Part shown: one piece after another, positions 8,463 to 16,198 of the stretch | Position numbering within the stretch: the stretch's first letter is position 1 | Layout: the number at the start of each line of letters is the position of its first letter | Source: Myxococcota bacterium | GTDB lineage: Bacteria; Myxococcota; JACRCW01 | Assembly: GCA_040752415.1 (NCBI GenBank) | Contig: JBFMGU010000243.1 | Span: forward strand, 1 to 16,198 | Reading direction: 5' to 3' | DNA length: 16,198 nt | Made by a program: the position numbers and the translations under genes | Notes under the pieces: generated by a model | Told to the model about the DNA's origin: nothing | The model's database searches: none | Seen by the model: the letters and a program-made list of their open reading frames with translations, nothing else

Positions 8463-9911
8463 GTGGCCGAGCGCGTGGAAGATCTGCTGGCGGAGGGCAT
8501 GGCGCATTTCCGTGCGCGCGCCCTCTCCGAGGCCAAGCGGTGCTGGCAGCGCGTGCTGGAGCTTGAACCCGGCAACGTCCGCGCGCGGGAGTACCTGGGC
8601 TACGTCCAGACGCTCCCACCCACGCCGGTGATTGCCAGCACGCCTCCCGCTCCGTCGACGACGAGCGCGCCACCCCGTCAGGCGGAACGGAGCGCCGGCG
8701 CCAATCCCACGCCGGTGATGTCGGGGCGACCGCCGCCGGTGGATCCGCCCACGCCGAGGGCCCAGCCGGTACCCACGCCGCCGCGCGGCACGCTGCCCCC
8801 GCCCCCGCGGGCTCCCGAGGTCACGCCCACCCGCGCCGCCGAGACGCTGGCCATGATGCCGGTGCCGTCGCCCGCGCGCGGGCCTACGCCGCCCAGCGCG
8901 CTCGACGAGACGCTGGTGGCGCAGAAACCGCCCGCGACGGGATGGATGGACCCTCCGCGCACGCCGCCGGGTGGCGTGGTGGCCGCTCCATCCTCGTCGA
9001 CACGCCCCAACGCCATGGACGCCACGCTGCCGCCCGCGCCGGCGTCCAGCGGCTGGGACATGGGGGAGTCGGCCAGTCCCTGGGATTCCACCAGCGTGGC
9101 GCCCACCGCGGAGCTGGCGACGGGTTTGGGGGCGGCATGGCCCGCGGAGATGCACCAGCCCGTCCTGCCGCCGCGCCTGGCGCAGGAGGAGCGCACGCCC
9201 GTTCCTGGTGTGACGCCGCCGCGTCCCGCCGACCCGCCGCCGCACGTCGCCACCGGGCCCAGTGCGGACTGGAGCACCGCGCTGTCCACCATGGACGACG
9301 CGAACAAGGACGGCCTGCAGGCCCTCTGGACGCAGGCGTCGGAGCAGTTCCCCGCGTCGCTGACGCCGGTGGCCTCACCCTGGGACGACGGACCCACCGC
9401 CACACCCACCGTGGACCTGGACCGCGCGGCTCCGCCCACGCCGCGTCCCACGCGCACCGTCTCCTCGCCCACGTTGCCCATCACGCCGCCAGCGCTCGCC
9501 AAGTCGGAGACGTCCCGATCCGCCGCGCCGCCCAACCAGTGCGACGCGCTGATGTCCAAGGCCCGGGAGCACCACGCGCTGGGCGACTTCTCGGGGTCGC
9601 TGGAGCTCGTGGAGAAGGTGCTGGAGCTGGACCCGGACAACGCGGAGGCGCGGGACTACCTGGAGCGCAACGAGGGCACGCTGCTGAAGATGTACGAGTC
9701 CAAGATCGGCACCTTCAGCCGGGTACCGCGCATCGTCATGTCCCCCGACGAGATCATCTGGCTCAACCTGCACCACAAGGCGGGCTTCCTGCTCTCCCGC
9801 GTGGACGGGATGTCAACCTTCGAGGACATCCTGGCGCTGAGCAGCATGCCGCGCCTGGAGACCTGCCGGATCCTGGCGCAGCTGGTCCAGGCGGGTGTGA
9901 TCCGGGCGTGA
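8463..9911 (+). CDS. TPR protein with long Pro/Thr-rich linker and C-terminal TPR plus winged-helix-like domain
   Basis: GGAGGAG upstream of the GTG. N-terminal TPR (EGMAHF...WQRVLELEPGNVRAREYL) and second TPR (LGDFSGSLELVEKVLELDPDNAEARDYL). C-terminal GFLLSRVDG...EDIL...LVQAGVI. Confidence 0.82.
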   Translation: MAERVEDLLAEGMAHFRARALSEAKRCWQRVLELEPGNVRAREYLGYVQTLPPTPVIASTPPAPSTTSAPPRQAERSAGANPTPVMSGRPPPVDPPTPRAQPVPTPPRGTLPPPPRAPEVTPTRAAETLAMMPVPSPARGPTPPSALDETLVAQKPPATGWMDPPRTPPGGVVAAPSSSTRPNAMDATLPPAPASSGWDMGESASPWDSTSVAPTAELATGLGAAWPAEMHQPVLPPRLAQEERTPVPGVTPPRPADPPPHVATGPSADWSTALSTMDDANKDGLQALWTQASEQFPASLTPVASPWDDGPTATPTVDLDRAAPPTPRPTRTVSSPTLPITPPALAKSETSRSAAPPNQCDALMSKAREHHALGDFSGSLELVEKVLELDPDNAEARDYLERNEGTLLKMYESKIGTFSRVPRIVMSPDEIIWLNLHHKAGFLLSRVDGMSTFEDILALSSMPRLETCRILAQLVQAGVIRA

Positions 9912-10663
9912 GTGACGTCGGAAATTCCCTCTACCAGCATCCCGCGCTCTATGACGCGGAGTTCTACGGCTACCGCGCGGACGTGCGCTTCTACGCCATG
10001 GCCGTGGCGCGCCATCCCGGTCGCGTCGTTGAGCTGGGCTGTGGCACGGGCCGGCTGCTGATGTCGTTGGACGTCGCCGACTACGTGGGCGTCGACCTGG
10101 CGCCCGCGATGTTGCAGATGCTGCGCTGGCGCGCTTCCGCCGTGGGCCAGCCGCCGCCGGTGTTGCGTGCGGACCTGCGTGCGCTGCCGCTCCGCGACGG
10201 AAGCGCCGCGCTGTGCATCCTGGCCTACAACGTGTTGCAGCACATGATGGAGCTGACCGACCTGGTGGCCTGTCTCTCCGAGGCGGCGCGCGTGGCCGGG
10301 CCTGGCGGCGCGGTGGCGCTGGACACGTTCATGCCGCCGCTCCCGGGCATGTCGCGTGAGGACGAGGGTTACGGCTGGGTGGAGCAACGTCGCCACCCGC
10401 AGGGCTACGTGATGGACGTGGCGGAGCGCACCGTGCACAACCCCGCCACCGAGGTGCAGGTCACGCAGCTCCGCTTCCAGCCGCGCGTGGCGCAGGCGGG
10501 TGAGCAGGAGGTCACCATCACGCGGCGGCTGTGGCACGCGGAGGCGCTGGTGCATGCGCTCACGCGCGCGGGGCTGAGGGTGGAGATCCTCTGGGGTGAC
10601 GTCGACGGGGAGGCCTGGACCCCGCGCGCGCCGCGCTTCATGGCGGTGTGTCGGCGGGCGTGA
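9908..10663 (+). CDS. Class I SAM-dependent methyltransferase
   Basis: Starts at GTG 9908, overlapping the upstream TGA (GTGA coupling). Motifs VVELGCGTG, GVDLAPAML and ADLRALPL. Confidence 0.88.
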   Translation: MSDVGNSLYQHPALYDAEFYGYRADVRFYAMAVARHPGRVVELGCGTGRLLMSLDVADYVGVDLAPAMLQMLRWRASAVGQPPPVLRADLRALPLRDGSAALCILAYNVLQHMMELTDLVACLSEAARVAGPGGAVALDTFMPPLPGMSREDEGYGWVEQRRHPQGYVMDVAERTVHNPATEVQVTQLRFQPRVAQAGEQEVTITRRLWHAEALVHALTRAGLRVEILWGDVDGEAWTPRAPRFMAVCRRA

Positions 10664-11495
10664 CGGCGCGGCGCAGCGTGGCCACCGCCACGTCGGGGAC
10701 GTCGGTGATGATGGCGTCCACACCCAGGCCGGCCAGCCGCTGCATCTCCGCCGGGTCGTTCACGGTCCACACGTGCACCGCCAGGCCCAGCGCGCGCGCG
10801 TGCTCGACGTAACCGGCGTCGCACAACGTGGACTGCGGGTGCACCGCGTGCGGGGCGATGAGCGGGAGCAGCCACAGGTCGCGCAGTGGGGCGGGTTGTT
10901 CCTCCTCGTGCAGCATGGCCACCGGCGCGTCGGGCGCCAGGCGCCGCAGGCGCGCGCAGCGGATGGGATGGAACGCGCTGTAGATGACGCGGTCCTCGGC
11001 GCGGGCGCGCGCCACCGTGCGCAGCACCTCCACCTCCAGCCCGTCGGGAACCGGGCCGCCGCCCTTGAGCTCCACGTTGACAATCGCGTGGGAGGGCAGG
11101 GTGGCGAACACCTCCTCCAGCGCGGGCGCCGCCACACCGCGCTCCGGCGGTCCACCCTTCACCAGCCCACCCACGTCGTGGGCCTGCAGCTCCTTGAGGG
11201 TGAGGTCGCGCACGCGCAGGTTGGCCTGGCCCAGGCGGCGCAGATCCTCGTCGTGGAAGACCACCACGCGCCGGTCGGCGGTGAGGTGCACGTCCAGCTC
11301 CACGCCGTCGGCGCCCTGCTCCATGCCCAGCACGAACGCGCCCACGGTGTTCTCCGCCTTGCGCGTGCGCGCGCCGCGGTGGGCCAGGATGAGCGGGGTG
11401 CCGCGTGTGTACAGGGCGCTGGAGGGACGGCCGGGCAGGCGCGCCGCGGTCCTATGCAGGGTGCGCGCGGCCAACCGGCTGAGCTGTTCAATCAT
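10638..11495 (-). CDS. Glycerophosphodiester phosphodiesterase (UgpQ/GlpQ family)
   Basis: AHRG, ENT, GADGVELDVHLTAD..VVFHD, NVELK, WTVN and DAIITD motifs. GGAGGA RBS before ATG 11495. 3' end overlaps the convergent methyltransferase by 26 bp. Confidence 0.92.
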   Translation of the reverse strand: MIEQLSRLAARTLHRTAARLPGRPSSALYTRGTPLILAHRGARTRKAENTVGAFVLGMEQGADGVELDVHLTADRRVVVFHDEDLRRLGQANLRVRDLTLKELQAHDVGGLVKGGPPERGVAAPALEEVFATLPSHAIVNVELKGGGPVPDGLEVEVLRTVARARAEDRVIYSAFHPIRCARLRRLAPDAPVAMLHEEEQPAPLRDLWLLPLIAPHAVHPQSTLCDAGYVEHARALGLAVHVWTVNDPAEMQRLAGLGVDAIITDVPDVAVATLRRAVTPADTPP

Positions 11496-11519
11496 GCTTC
11501 CTCCCGTCGCCACGCGGCT

Positions 11520-12641
11520 TCAGTCCACCCAGTCCGCCAGGAAGATCTGGTTGGTGCCGCCCTGGCGCGCGCTGGTCCAGGCCAACGTCTTTCCGTCGGG
11601 GCTGAAGGAGGGGAGCCCGTCGTAGCCGCCCTCGTACGTCACGCGCTCCAGCGCGCGCGTCTCCAGGTCCAGGAGGTACAGGTCGAAGTTCTGTCCCGGC
11701 GTCTGCGTGTTGGGCCGCAGGTTGCTGCTGAAGATGACGCGTTTCCCGTCGGGGTGGAAGAACGGGGACCAGCTCACGCCCTTGAGGTCCGTGAGCCGCT
11801 GCTCACCCGTCCCGTCGGCGTTGATGAGGTAGAGGTCGGAGGTCTGGTCGCCGGCGCGGAAGGAGCGGAAGACCACGCGCTTGCCGTCGGGGGAGAAGAA
11901 CCCGCTCCCGTCGTAGCCGGGGGTGGTGGTGAGGCGCGTGGCGGCTTCCTTGCCCACGTCCTGGATGTAGAGGTCCAGGTCGCCCTCGCGCAGGCTGGTG
12001 AAGAGGATGCGTTTTCCGTCCGGGCTGTAGCTGCCTTCCGCGTCGTAGCCGGGGTTGGTGGTGAGCCGGGTGATGTTCTTCCCGTCGAGGTCGACCTCGA
12101 ACAGGTCCATGGCCGCGTTCACCTCCCAGCTGCTGATGGGCTGCCCCGTCTTGCGGGCCTCCTCCTCCTGCGCGGCCAGGTCGCGCGCGCGCGCGGCGGG
12201 CCAGGCGTCCGGGTCCAGGTGACTGGAGGCAAACAGGATGCGCGGGCGGTCCGGCGCGAACGCGGCACAGGTGGCCTGGCCCTTCCCCGTGGAGATCATG
12301 CGCGCGTTGCGCCCGTCGGGGTCCATGACGAAGAGCTGGTAGAACGGGTTGTCGCCCCGCACGGACTGGAAGACGATCTGCCGGCCATCCGGCGAGAAAT
12401 ACGGCTCCGCGTTCCGACGACCATCAAACGTCACCTGCCGGATGTTGCGCAGGCGGCGCGCCTCGCCATTGGGATGTTCCACCACCACGGCGCCCACGGC
12501 GGCGGGAGCAGCGGCGGGCTGGGGCGAGGGCGCGGGAGTGGCCTGGGCGGTGTCCGGACGCTTCTCCTCCCGCGACGAGCTGCATGCCCACCCGCCGAGC
12601 ACGGCGAGCCACCAGAGGACGCGGGGGAGGGGAGAACGCAT
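11520..12641 (-). CDS. TolB-like PD40-repeat beta-propeller lipoprotein
   Basis: Lipoprotein-like signal ending LGGWAC-SS. Six repeats of type FSPDG (YFSPDG, FAPDR, YSPDG, FFSPDG, FHPDG, FSPDG). Confidence 0.88.
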   Translation of the reverse strand: MRSPLPRVLWWLAVLGGWACSSSREEKRPDTAQATPAPSPQPAAAPAAVGAVVVEHPNGEARRLRNIRQVTFDGRRNAEPYFSPDGRQIVFQSVRGDNPFYQLFVMDPDGRNARMISTGKGQATCAAFAPDRPRILFASSHLDPDAWPAARARDLAAQEEEARKTGQPISSWEVNAAMDLFEVDLDGKNITRLTTNPGYDAEGSYSPDGKRILFTSLREGDLDLYIQDVGKEAATRLTTTPGYDGSGFFSPDGKRVVFRSFRAGDQTSDLYLINADGTGEQRLTDLKGVSWSPFFHPDGKRVIFSSNLRPNTQTPGQNFDLYLLDLETRALERVTYEGGYDGLPSFSPDGKTLAWTSARQGGTNQIFLADWVD

Positions 12642-12674
12642 GGCGGCGCATCTTCCTGGCGCACGTCGCGGCGA

Positions 12675-13889
12675 TCAACCGACGGAAGGATCGGACGACG
12701 CGCTTGGCACGCGGCCTCGTCGGTCGCGGGAGGGAACGGGCTGGACGGGGGTGCGCAGGACGGTGAGCAGCGACTCGCCAAATTGCTCCAGCTGCCACGG
12801 GAGCAGGTCCTCCACGGCGGACAGCTCGTCGCGCGTGGTGGGGCGCAGGCGGGCCAGGGTCTTGAGCAGCGCGTTGGAGCCAATGACGCCCACGTCCACG
12901 CCCCACTGCGTCGCCACGCCGGCGCGCCACGCGCGCAGCGCCTCGAACCGCGCGGCCAGCACCCGGTCCTCCTCGGTCTCGGGCGGGCGCGGCGGGAGCA
13001 GCGGCCCGGTCACCGGCGTGGCCTCGCGGATGGCGGCCAGCAACGCGTCCGCGTCCTGCCCCCCGGCCACCGACTGGGGCACGCCGCGCACCTCTCCCAG
13101 CTCACCGCGGCTCGTCGGGCGACGTCGCGCCAGCTCCACCAGCGTCTCGGGCGAGAGCAGCCGGAACGGCGCCACGTCGCGTGCGGCGGACGCCTGCTCC
13201 CGCCACAGGAACACCGCGCGCAGCACGCCCCGGCCCGTGGGGTCCAGCGTCTTGGCGCCCTGCAGGTTGCGCCATGCCTCCAGGTCCGCGGGCCTCTCCA
13301 CCAGCACGCGCTGGCGGATGCGGTTGAACTCCTGCTGCGCGTACCCGTGCCGCCCCGTCGTCGACAAGCGCTGCTCCAGCACGTCGCGCAAACGCAGGAG
13401 GTAGCGCACGTCCAGCACCGCGTAGCTGACCTGTTCCGGTCGCAACGGCCTCCGTCCCCAGTCGCTGCGCTGCTCCTTCTTGTCCAGCTGCACGCCCAGG
13501 AAATCCTGCAGCATGCTCTGCAGCCCCAGGGCGCGGATGCCCAGCAGCTTGGCCGCGGCGGAGGTGTCGAACACGCGGCCCAACGTCAGCCCCACGTGCC
13601 GACGCAACAGCGCGATGTCCTGCTCCGCGTCATGCAACACGATCTCGCGCGTGCTGTCGGCCAGCAGCGCGTTGAGCGGGGCCATGTCACGGAGCGCCAG
13701 CGGGTCCACCAGCGCTTCCACGTCGTCGGAGGCGAGCTGGAGGAGGCACAGGCGGGCGCGGTAGCGGAAGAACCCGTCGCTCTCGGTGTCCAGCGCAATG
13801 CGCCGGGCGGGGGTCAGCCGGTCCACGAGCGCGGACAGCGCGGCGGGGGTGGAGATCAGCTCGGGGTGCGGGTGTTTCTTGTCGGTCAC
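12675..13889 (-). CDS. rnd: Ribonuclease D-like 3'-5' exonuclease (DEDDy) with two HRDC domains
   Basis: Exo I IALDTE, LCLLQL, LHDAEQD, VFDT, SDWGRRPL and Exo III YAVLDV. HRDC-like WREQASAARDVAPFRLL and LRAWRAGVA. GTG start overlaps the upstream TGA. Confidence 0.9.
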   Translation of the reverse strand: MTDKKHPHPELISTPAALSALVDRLTPARRIALDTESDGFFRYRARLCLLQLASDDVEALVDPLALRDMAPLNALLADSTREIVLHDAEQDIALLRRHVGLTLGRVFDTSAAAKLLGIRALGLQSMLQDFLGVQLDKKEQRSDWGRRPLRPEQVSYAVLDVRYLLRLRDVLEQRLSTTGRHGYAQQEFNRIRQRVLVERPADLEAWRNLQGAKTLDPTGRGVLRAVFLWREQASAARDVAPFRLLSPETLVELARRRPTSRGELGEVRGVPQSVAGGQDADALLAAIREATPVTGPLLPPRPPETEEDRVLAARFEALRAWRAGVATQWGVDVGVIGSNALLKTLARLRPTTRDELSAVEDLLPWQLEQFGESLLTVLRTPVQPVPSRDRRGRVPSASSDPSVG

Positions 13890-14605
13890 TGGAAGACGCT
13901 GGCGGGAGGCGGAGGCGGCGGGGTCTCGCTGCTGGTGTTGTCCGCGGTGTCCTTCTTGTCGGCGTTGTCGTCGCGGGGATTGTCCAGCGTGCCACGGTCG
14001 CCGAAGAACGGGTCACCACCGGCCAGCTCGGGGTCGATGTCGGTTACCACCTCGGTCTCGCCACCGTAGTAGCTCTCTGCCCCCACGCAGTTCTGGGCCT
14101 GGACGCGCAACGTAGCAATGCGCTCCTTGGCCAGCACCACCTTGGCGTAGCTGGTCCGCGCGGCGTCGGCGTCGCCGGTGGCGGCGTGTTCCTGCAGGCT
14201 GACGTTGGCGTCCTCGGCAATCTTGAGCACGCCCTTGATCTGGGTGACGCGCTCGTTGACGCAGTTGAGCAGGACGATGTCCTTCTTGAGCCGGGCCTTG
14301 GACAACATGTCCAGCGCGGTCTTCAGCGCGGTGCGCATCTCGTCCAGCGCGCGGTCGCTCTGCCCGGCCATCTCCTTGGCGCCCAGCTTGCCCACGTCGT
14401 CGCGGACCTTCAGCTCGGTGCCCTTGGACTCCTCGGCGGGTGGGGTCTGGGGCGGCGCGGCCTCGCCCGGCGGAGGCGCGGTGGCCTCGGCCTGCGGAGG
14501 CGGTGCGGCCTCGGTCTGCGGGGCAGGCGGCTCGGCGTTCACGCCGGCGGGCAGCAGCAGGGCCAGGGCGACGAGAACGGCGGGGCGGTTGGCGCGCGTG
14601 GACAC
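13886..14605 (-). CDS. Secreted alpha-helical protein with two Cys, unknown function (copy A)
   Basis: GAGGT 5 nt upstream of GTG 14605 (alternative ATG 14662). Signal peptide ending GVNA, Pro/Ala/Glu linker, amphipathic helices with LLNCVNE and AQNCVG, acidic tail ending PPPPPPASVFQ. Confidence 0.8.
   Translation of the reverse strand: MSTRANRPAVLVALALLLPAGVNAEPPAPQTEAAPPPQAEATAPPPGEAAPPQTPPAEESKGTELKVRDDVGKLGAKEMAGQSDRALDEMRTALKTALDMLSKARLKKDIVLLNCVNERVTQIKGVLKIAEDANVSLQEHAATGDADAARTSYAKVVLAKERIATLRVQAQNCVGAESYYGGETEVVTDIDPELAGGDPFFGDRGTLDNPRDDNADKKDTADNTSSETPPPPPPASVFQ
13923..14174. repeat. Direct repeat, copy 1 (252 bp visible)
   Basis: Aligns without gaps to 15947..16198 (offset 2024). 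Mismatches at 13928, 13947, 13960, 14038, 14045 and 14047. Confidence 0.97.
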
Positions 14606-14660
14606 GGCAAACCTCGTTTCCGCGTGCGGAAGTGGCTCCGCGGCGGGAGTGGCTTGGCTC

Positions 14661-14669
14661 ATACTAGCA
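14661..14669 (-). promoter_or_regulatory. Extended -10 promoter candidate (TG-C-TAGTAT) for copy A and downstream genes
   Basis: Minus strand TGCTAGTAT in otherwise GC-rich intergenic DNA, about 55 nt upstream of GTG 14605. Confidence 0.4.
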
Positions 14670-14709
14670 GGCCCCCGGGCTGCCAAGGAGGAGACGACAC
14701 CGTCGGGGA

Positions 14710-15852
14710 TCAGGCGGCACGGGCCGGGGACGCCACGGACGGCGTCGGCACGGGCTCGGCGGGCCGGGAGTTCAGGAAGGGGCGCTCCACGAGGCGGTGC
14801 AGCCCGTAGGCCACGAGGTACTGGAACCCCAGCGCACCGACGTCGAAGAAGACCTGGGAGACGCCATCTCCTCCGGCGGGAACCAGCAGGCGGTAGAGCT
14901 TCAGCGTGGGCTGGTGGAACAGGTACAGCGAGTAGCTCATGTGACCCGCGGAGCGCAGGAGCCGCACCACCGTCGTCGTCGACGCCACCGCATCCAGGGG
15001 CCGCAGCCGCACCAGCAGCAGGCCAAACAACAGGCACACCCCGAGCTGAGCGTGGAACTGGTAGTGCTCCTGCGTCAGCGGCCACTCGCCCTGCCACGCC
15101 GCGCGCGTGGCCACCAGCACCAGCGCGGAGAACAGGAGGACTTCCAGCTGGCGCGCGCTCTTCTCGTCGGGGGCCTTGCGCAGGCGGAGGAAGACCAGCA
15201 CGCCGGTGGCGAACTGCAGCCAGTAGTCCACGAACGTCCCGGTGATGAGCCCCGCGGTGAAGAGATTGAAGATGACGACGACACCCGTGCCCAGCGCAAA
15301 CAGCCGCCCCACCCCGACGAGCGGCGCCAGCAGCAAAGACACGCCGCACAGCAGGTAGAACTGCTCCTCGTAGTTGAGCGACCAGTAGACCTGCACCCAC
15401 AACGTCTTGTTGGCCCATGCCACGGCAGGCGGCTCCGCTCCCCCGACGAGCGACGCGGGAATGGACACCCACTGCGTGAGCGTGAGGTTCTGGACGTACT
15501 CGAGGACCGGCCCTTCCAGGTTGGCCAGGCCTCGCGCCAGCCCGCCGCGGACCGTCCCCACCAGGAACGCCACCGCCAGCGCCACGACGCCACTTGCCAC
15601 GTACGGCGGCCAGATGCGCCGGACGCGACGCGCCATGAAGGCGGGGAAGGACATGCCTCGCTGCAGCCCGTCGTCGACGGCGGCGGCGATGCAGTAGCCA
15701 CTGATGACGAAGAAGAGCTGGACCCCCAGCCACATCTGGTCGGTGAGTGCGGAGCGGCCCAGGAACTGGTGATTGATGACCACCAGGAGGCTGGCCACGC
15801 CGCGCCAGGCGTCAATGAGCTCGTACCGGCGCGGGTACTGGATGCCGACCAT
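14710..15852 (-). CDS. Acyltransferase-3 (OafA/YrhL-like) membrane O-acyltransferase, no SGNH domain
   Basis: IDAWRG...VVINH, GVQLFFVISGY, FMARRVRRIWPPY, WSLNYEEQFY and GHMSYSLYLFH motifs, with many TM segments. Start is ATG 15852 or GTG 15870. Confidence 0.92.
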   Translation of the reverse strand: MVGIQYPRRYELIDAWRGVASLLVVINHQFLGRSALTDQMWLGVQLFFVISGYCIAAAVDDGLQRGMSFPAFMARRVRRIWPPYVASGVVALAVAFLVGTVRGGLARGLANLEGPVLEYVQNLTLTQWVSIPASLVGGAEPPAVAWANKTLWVQVYWSLNYEEQFYLLCGVSLLLAPLVGVGRLFALGTGVVVIFNLFTAGLITGTFVDYWLQFATGVLVFLRLRKAPDEKSARQLEVLLFSALVLVATRAAWQGEWPLTQEHYQFHAQLGVCLLFGLLLVRLRPLDAVASTTTVVRLLRSAGHMSYSLYLFHQPTLKLYRLLVPAGGDGVSQVFFDVGALGFQYLVAYGLHRLVERPFLNSRPAEPVPTPSVASPARAA

Positions 15853-15912
15853 TCCCGTCGTTCCTAGCACACGGAACCCGACGGACAGCTCGCGGTGGCG
15901 CTCCCGCCGGAC

Positions 15913-16198
15913 TCAATGGAAGCCGCTGATGATGGGAATCTCCGGCGTCTCACTGCTGGTGTTGTCCGCGTTGTCCTTCTTGTTGGCGTTGTCGTCGCGG
16001 GGATTGTCCAGCGTGCCACGGTCGCCGAAGAACGGGTCACCACCGGCCAGCTCGGGGTCGACGTCGGTCAGCACCTCGGTCTCGCCACCGTAGTAGCTCT
16101 CTGCCCCCACGCAGTTCTGGGCCTGGACGCGCAACGTAGCAATGCGCTCCTTGGCCAGCACCACCTTGGCGTAGCTGGTCCGCGCGGCGTCGGCGTCG
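15913..16198 (-). CDS. Paralog of 13886..14605 (copy B); 5' part lies outside the window
   Basis: Frame is open to the window edge. DADAARTSYAKVVLAKERIATLRVQAQNCVGAESYYGGETEV is identical to copy A. Ends PEIPIISGFH. Confidence 0.85.
   Translation of the reverse strand, partial: DADAARTSYAKVVLAKERIATLRVQAQNCVGAESYYGGETEVLTDVDPELAGGDPFFGDRGTLDNPRDDNANKKDNADNTSSETPEIPIISGFH
15947..16198. repeat. Direct repeat, copy 2 (runs off the window end)
   Basis: 246/252 identical to 13923..14174. 16072..16198 is exactly identical to 14048..14174. Confidence 0.97.

Noticed and set aside
8942..9907. N-terminal extension of the methyltransferase ORF
   Set aside because: Off-frame overlap with the TPR gene. 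The GTGA-coupled start at 9908 fits the domain.
2403..10663. Secondary-metabolite cluster suggested by two methyltransferases and an FAD enzyme
   Set aside because: The genes are dispersed, differ in orientation, and there is no scaffold enzyme or precursor peptide.
10596..14069. 1157-aa plus-strand ORF
   Set aside because: Antisense shadow of GDPD, the TolB-like gene and rnd in high-GC DNA. No recognisable motifs.
13886..15733. 615-aa ORF as a single protein
   Set aside because: The upstream part is an off-frame overlap of the acyltransferase. The RBS and signal peptide place the real start at 14605.
13923..16198. Diversity-generating retroelement TR/VR pair
   Set aside because: Coding-strand mismatches are C/T, C/A, G/A, A/G, A/G and G/C, so they are not confined to adenines of one copy. 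No reverse transcriptase is present in the window.
13923..16198. Prophage or integrative-element attL/attR
   Set aside because: No integrase or phage genes, and copy A is a complete gene with its own signal peptide. Cannot be fully excluded without the right flank.

Overview
High-GC window whose gene content and style suggest a myxobacterium (inference). It holds about 16 protein-coding genes. I found no rRNA, tRNA, CRISPR array or transposase. The left part looks accessory: HAD hydrolase, AlkC-type alkylation-repair glycosylase, short TPR ORF, O-methyltransferase, membrane hybrid histidine kinase and a small secreted orphan. The middle holds a SEC-C protein, an FAD oxidoreductase, a TPR/Pro-rich protein and a SAM methyltransferase. 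The right part is a minus-strand run: secreted helical protein copy B (partial), AT3 acyltransferase, secreted helical protein copy A, RNase D, TolB-like lipoprotein and glycerophosphodiester phosphodiesterase. Two signals stand out. (1) A direct repeat of at least 252 bp with 6 mismatches, offset 2024 bp, formed by two paralogous secreted-protein genes with different C-terminal tails that bracket the acyltransferase. (2) A probably leaderless alkC promoter (TAGAAT-N6-ATG) with a perfect TGACAGG-N-CCTGTCA palindrome over the -35 region.
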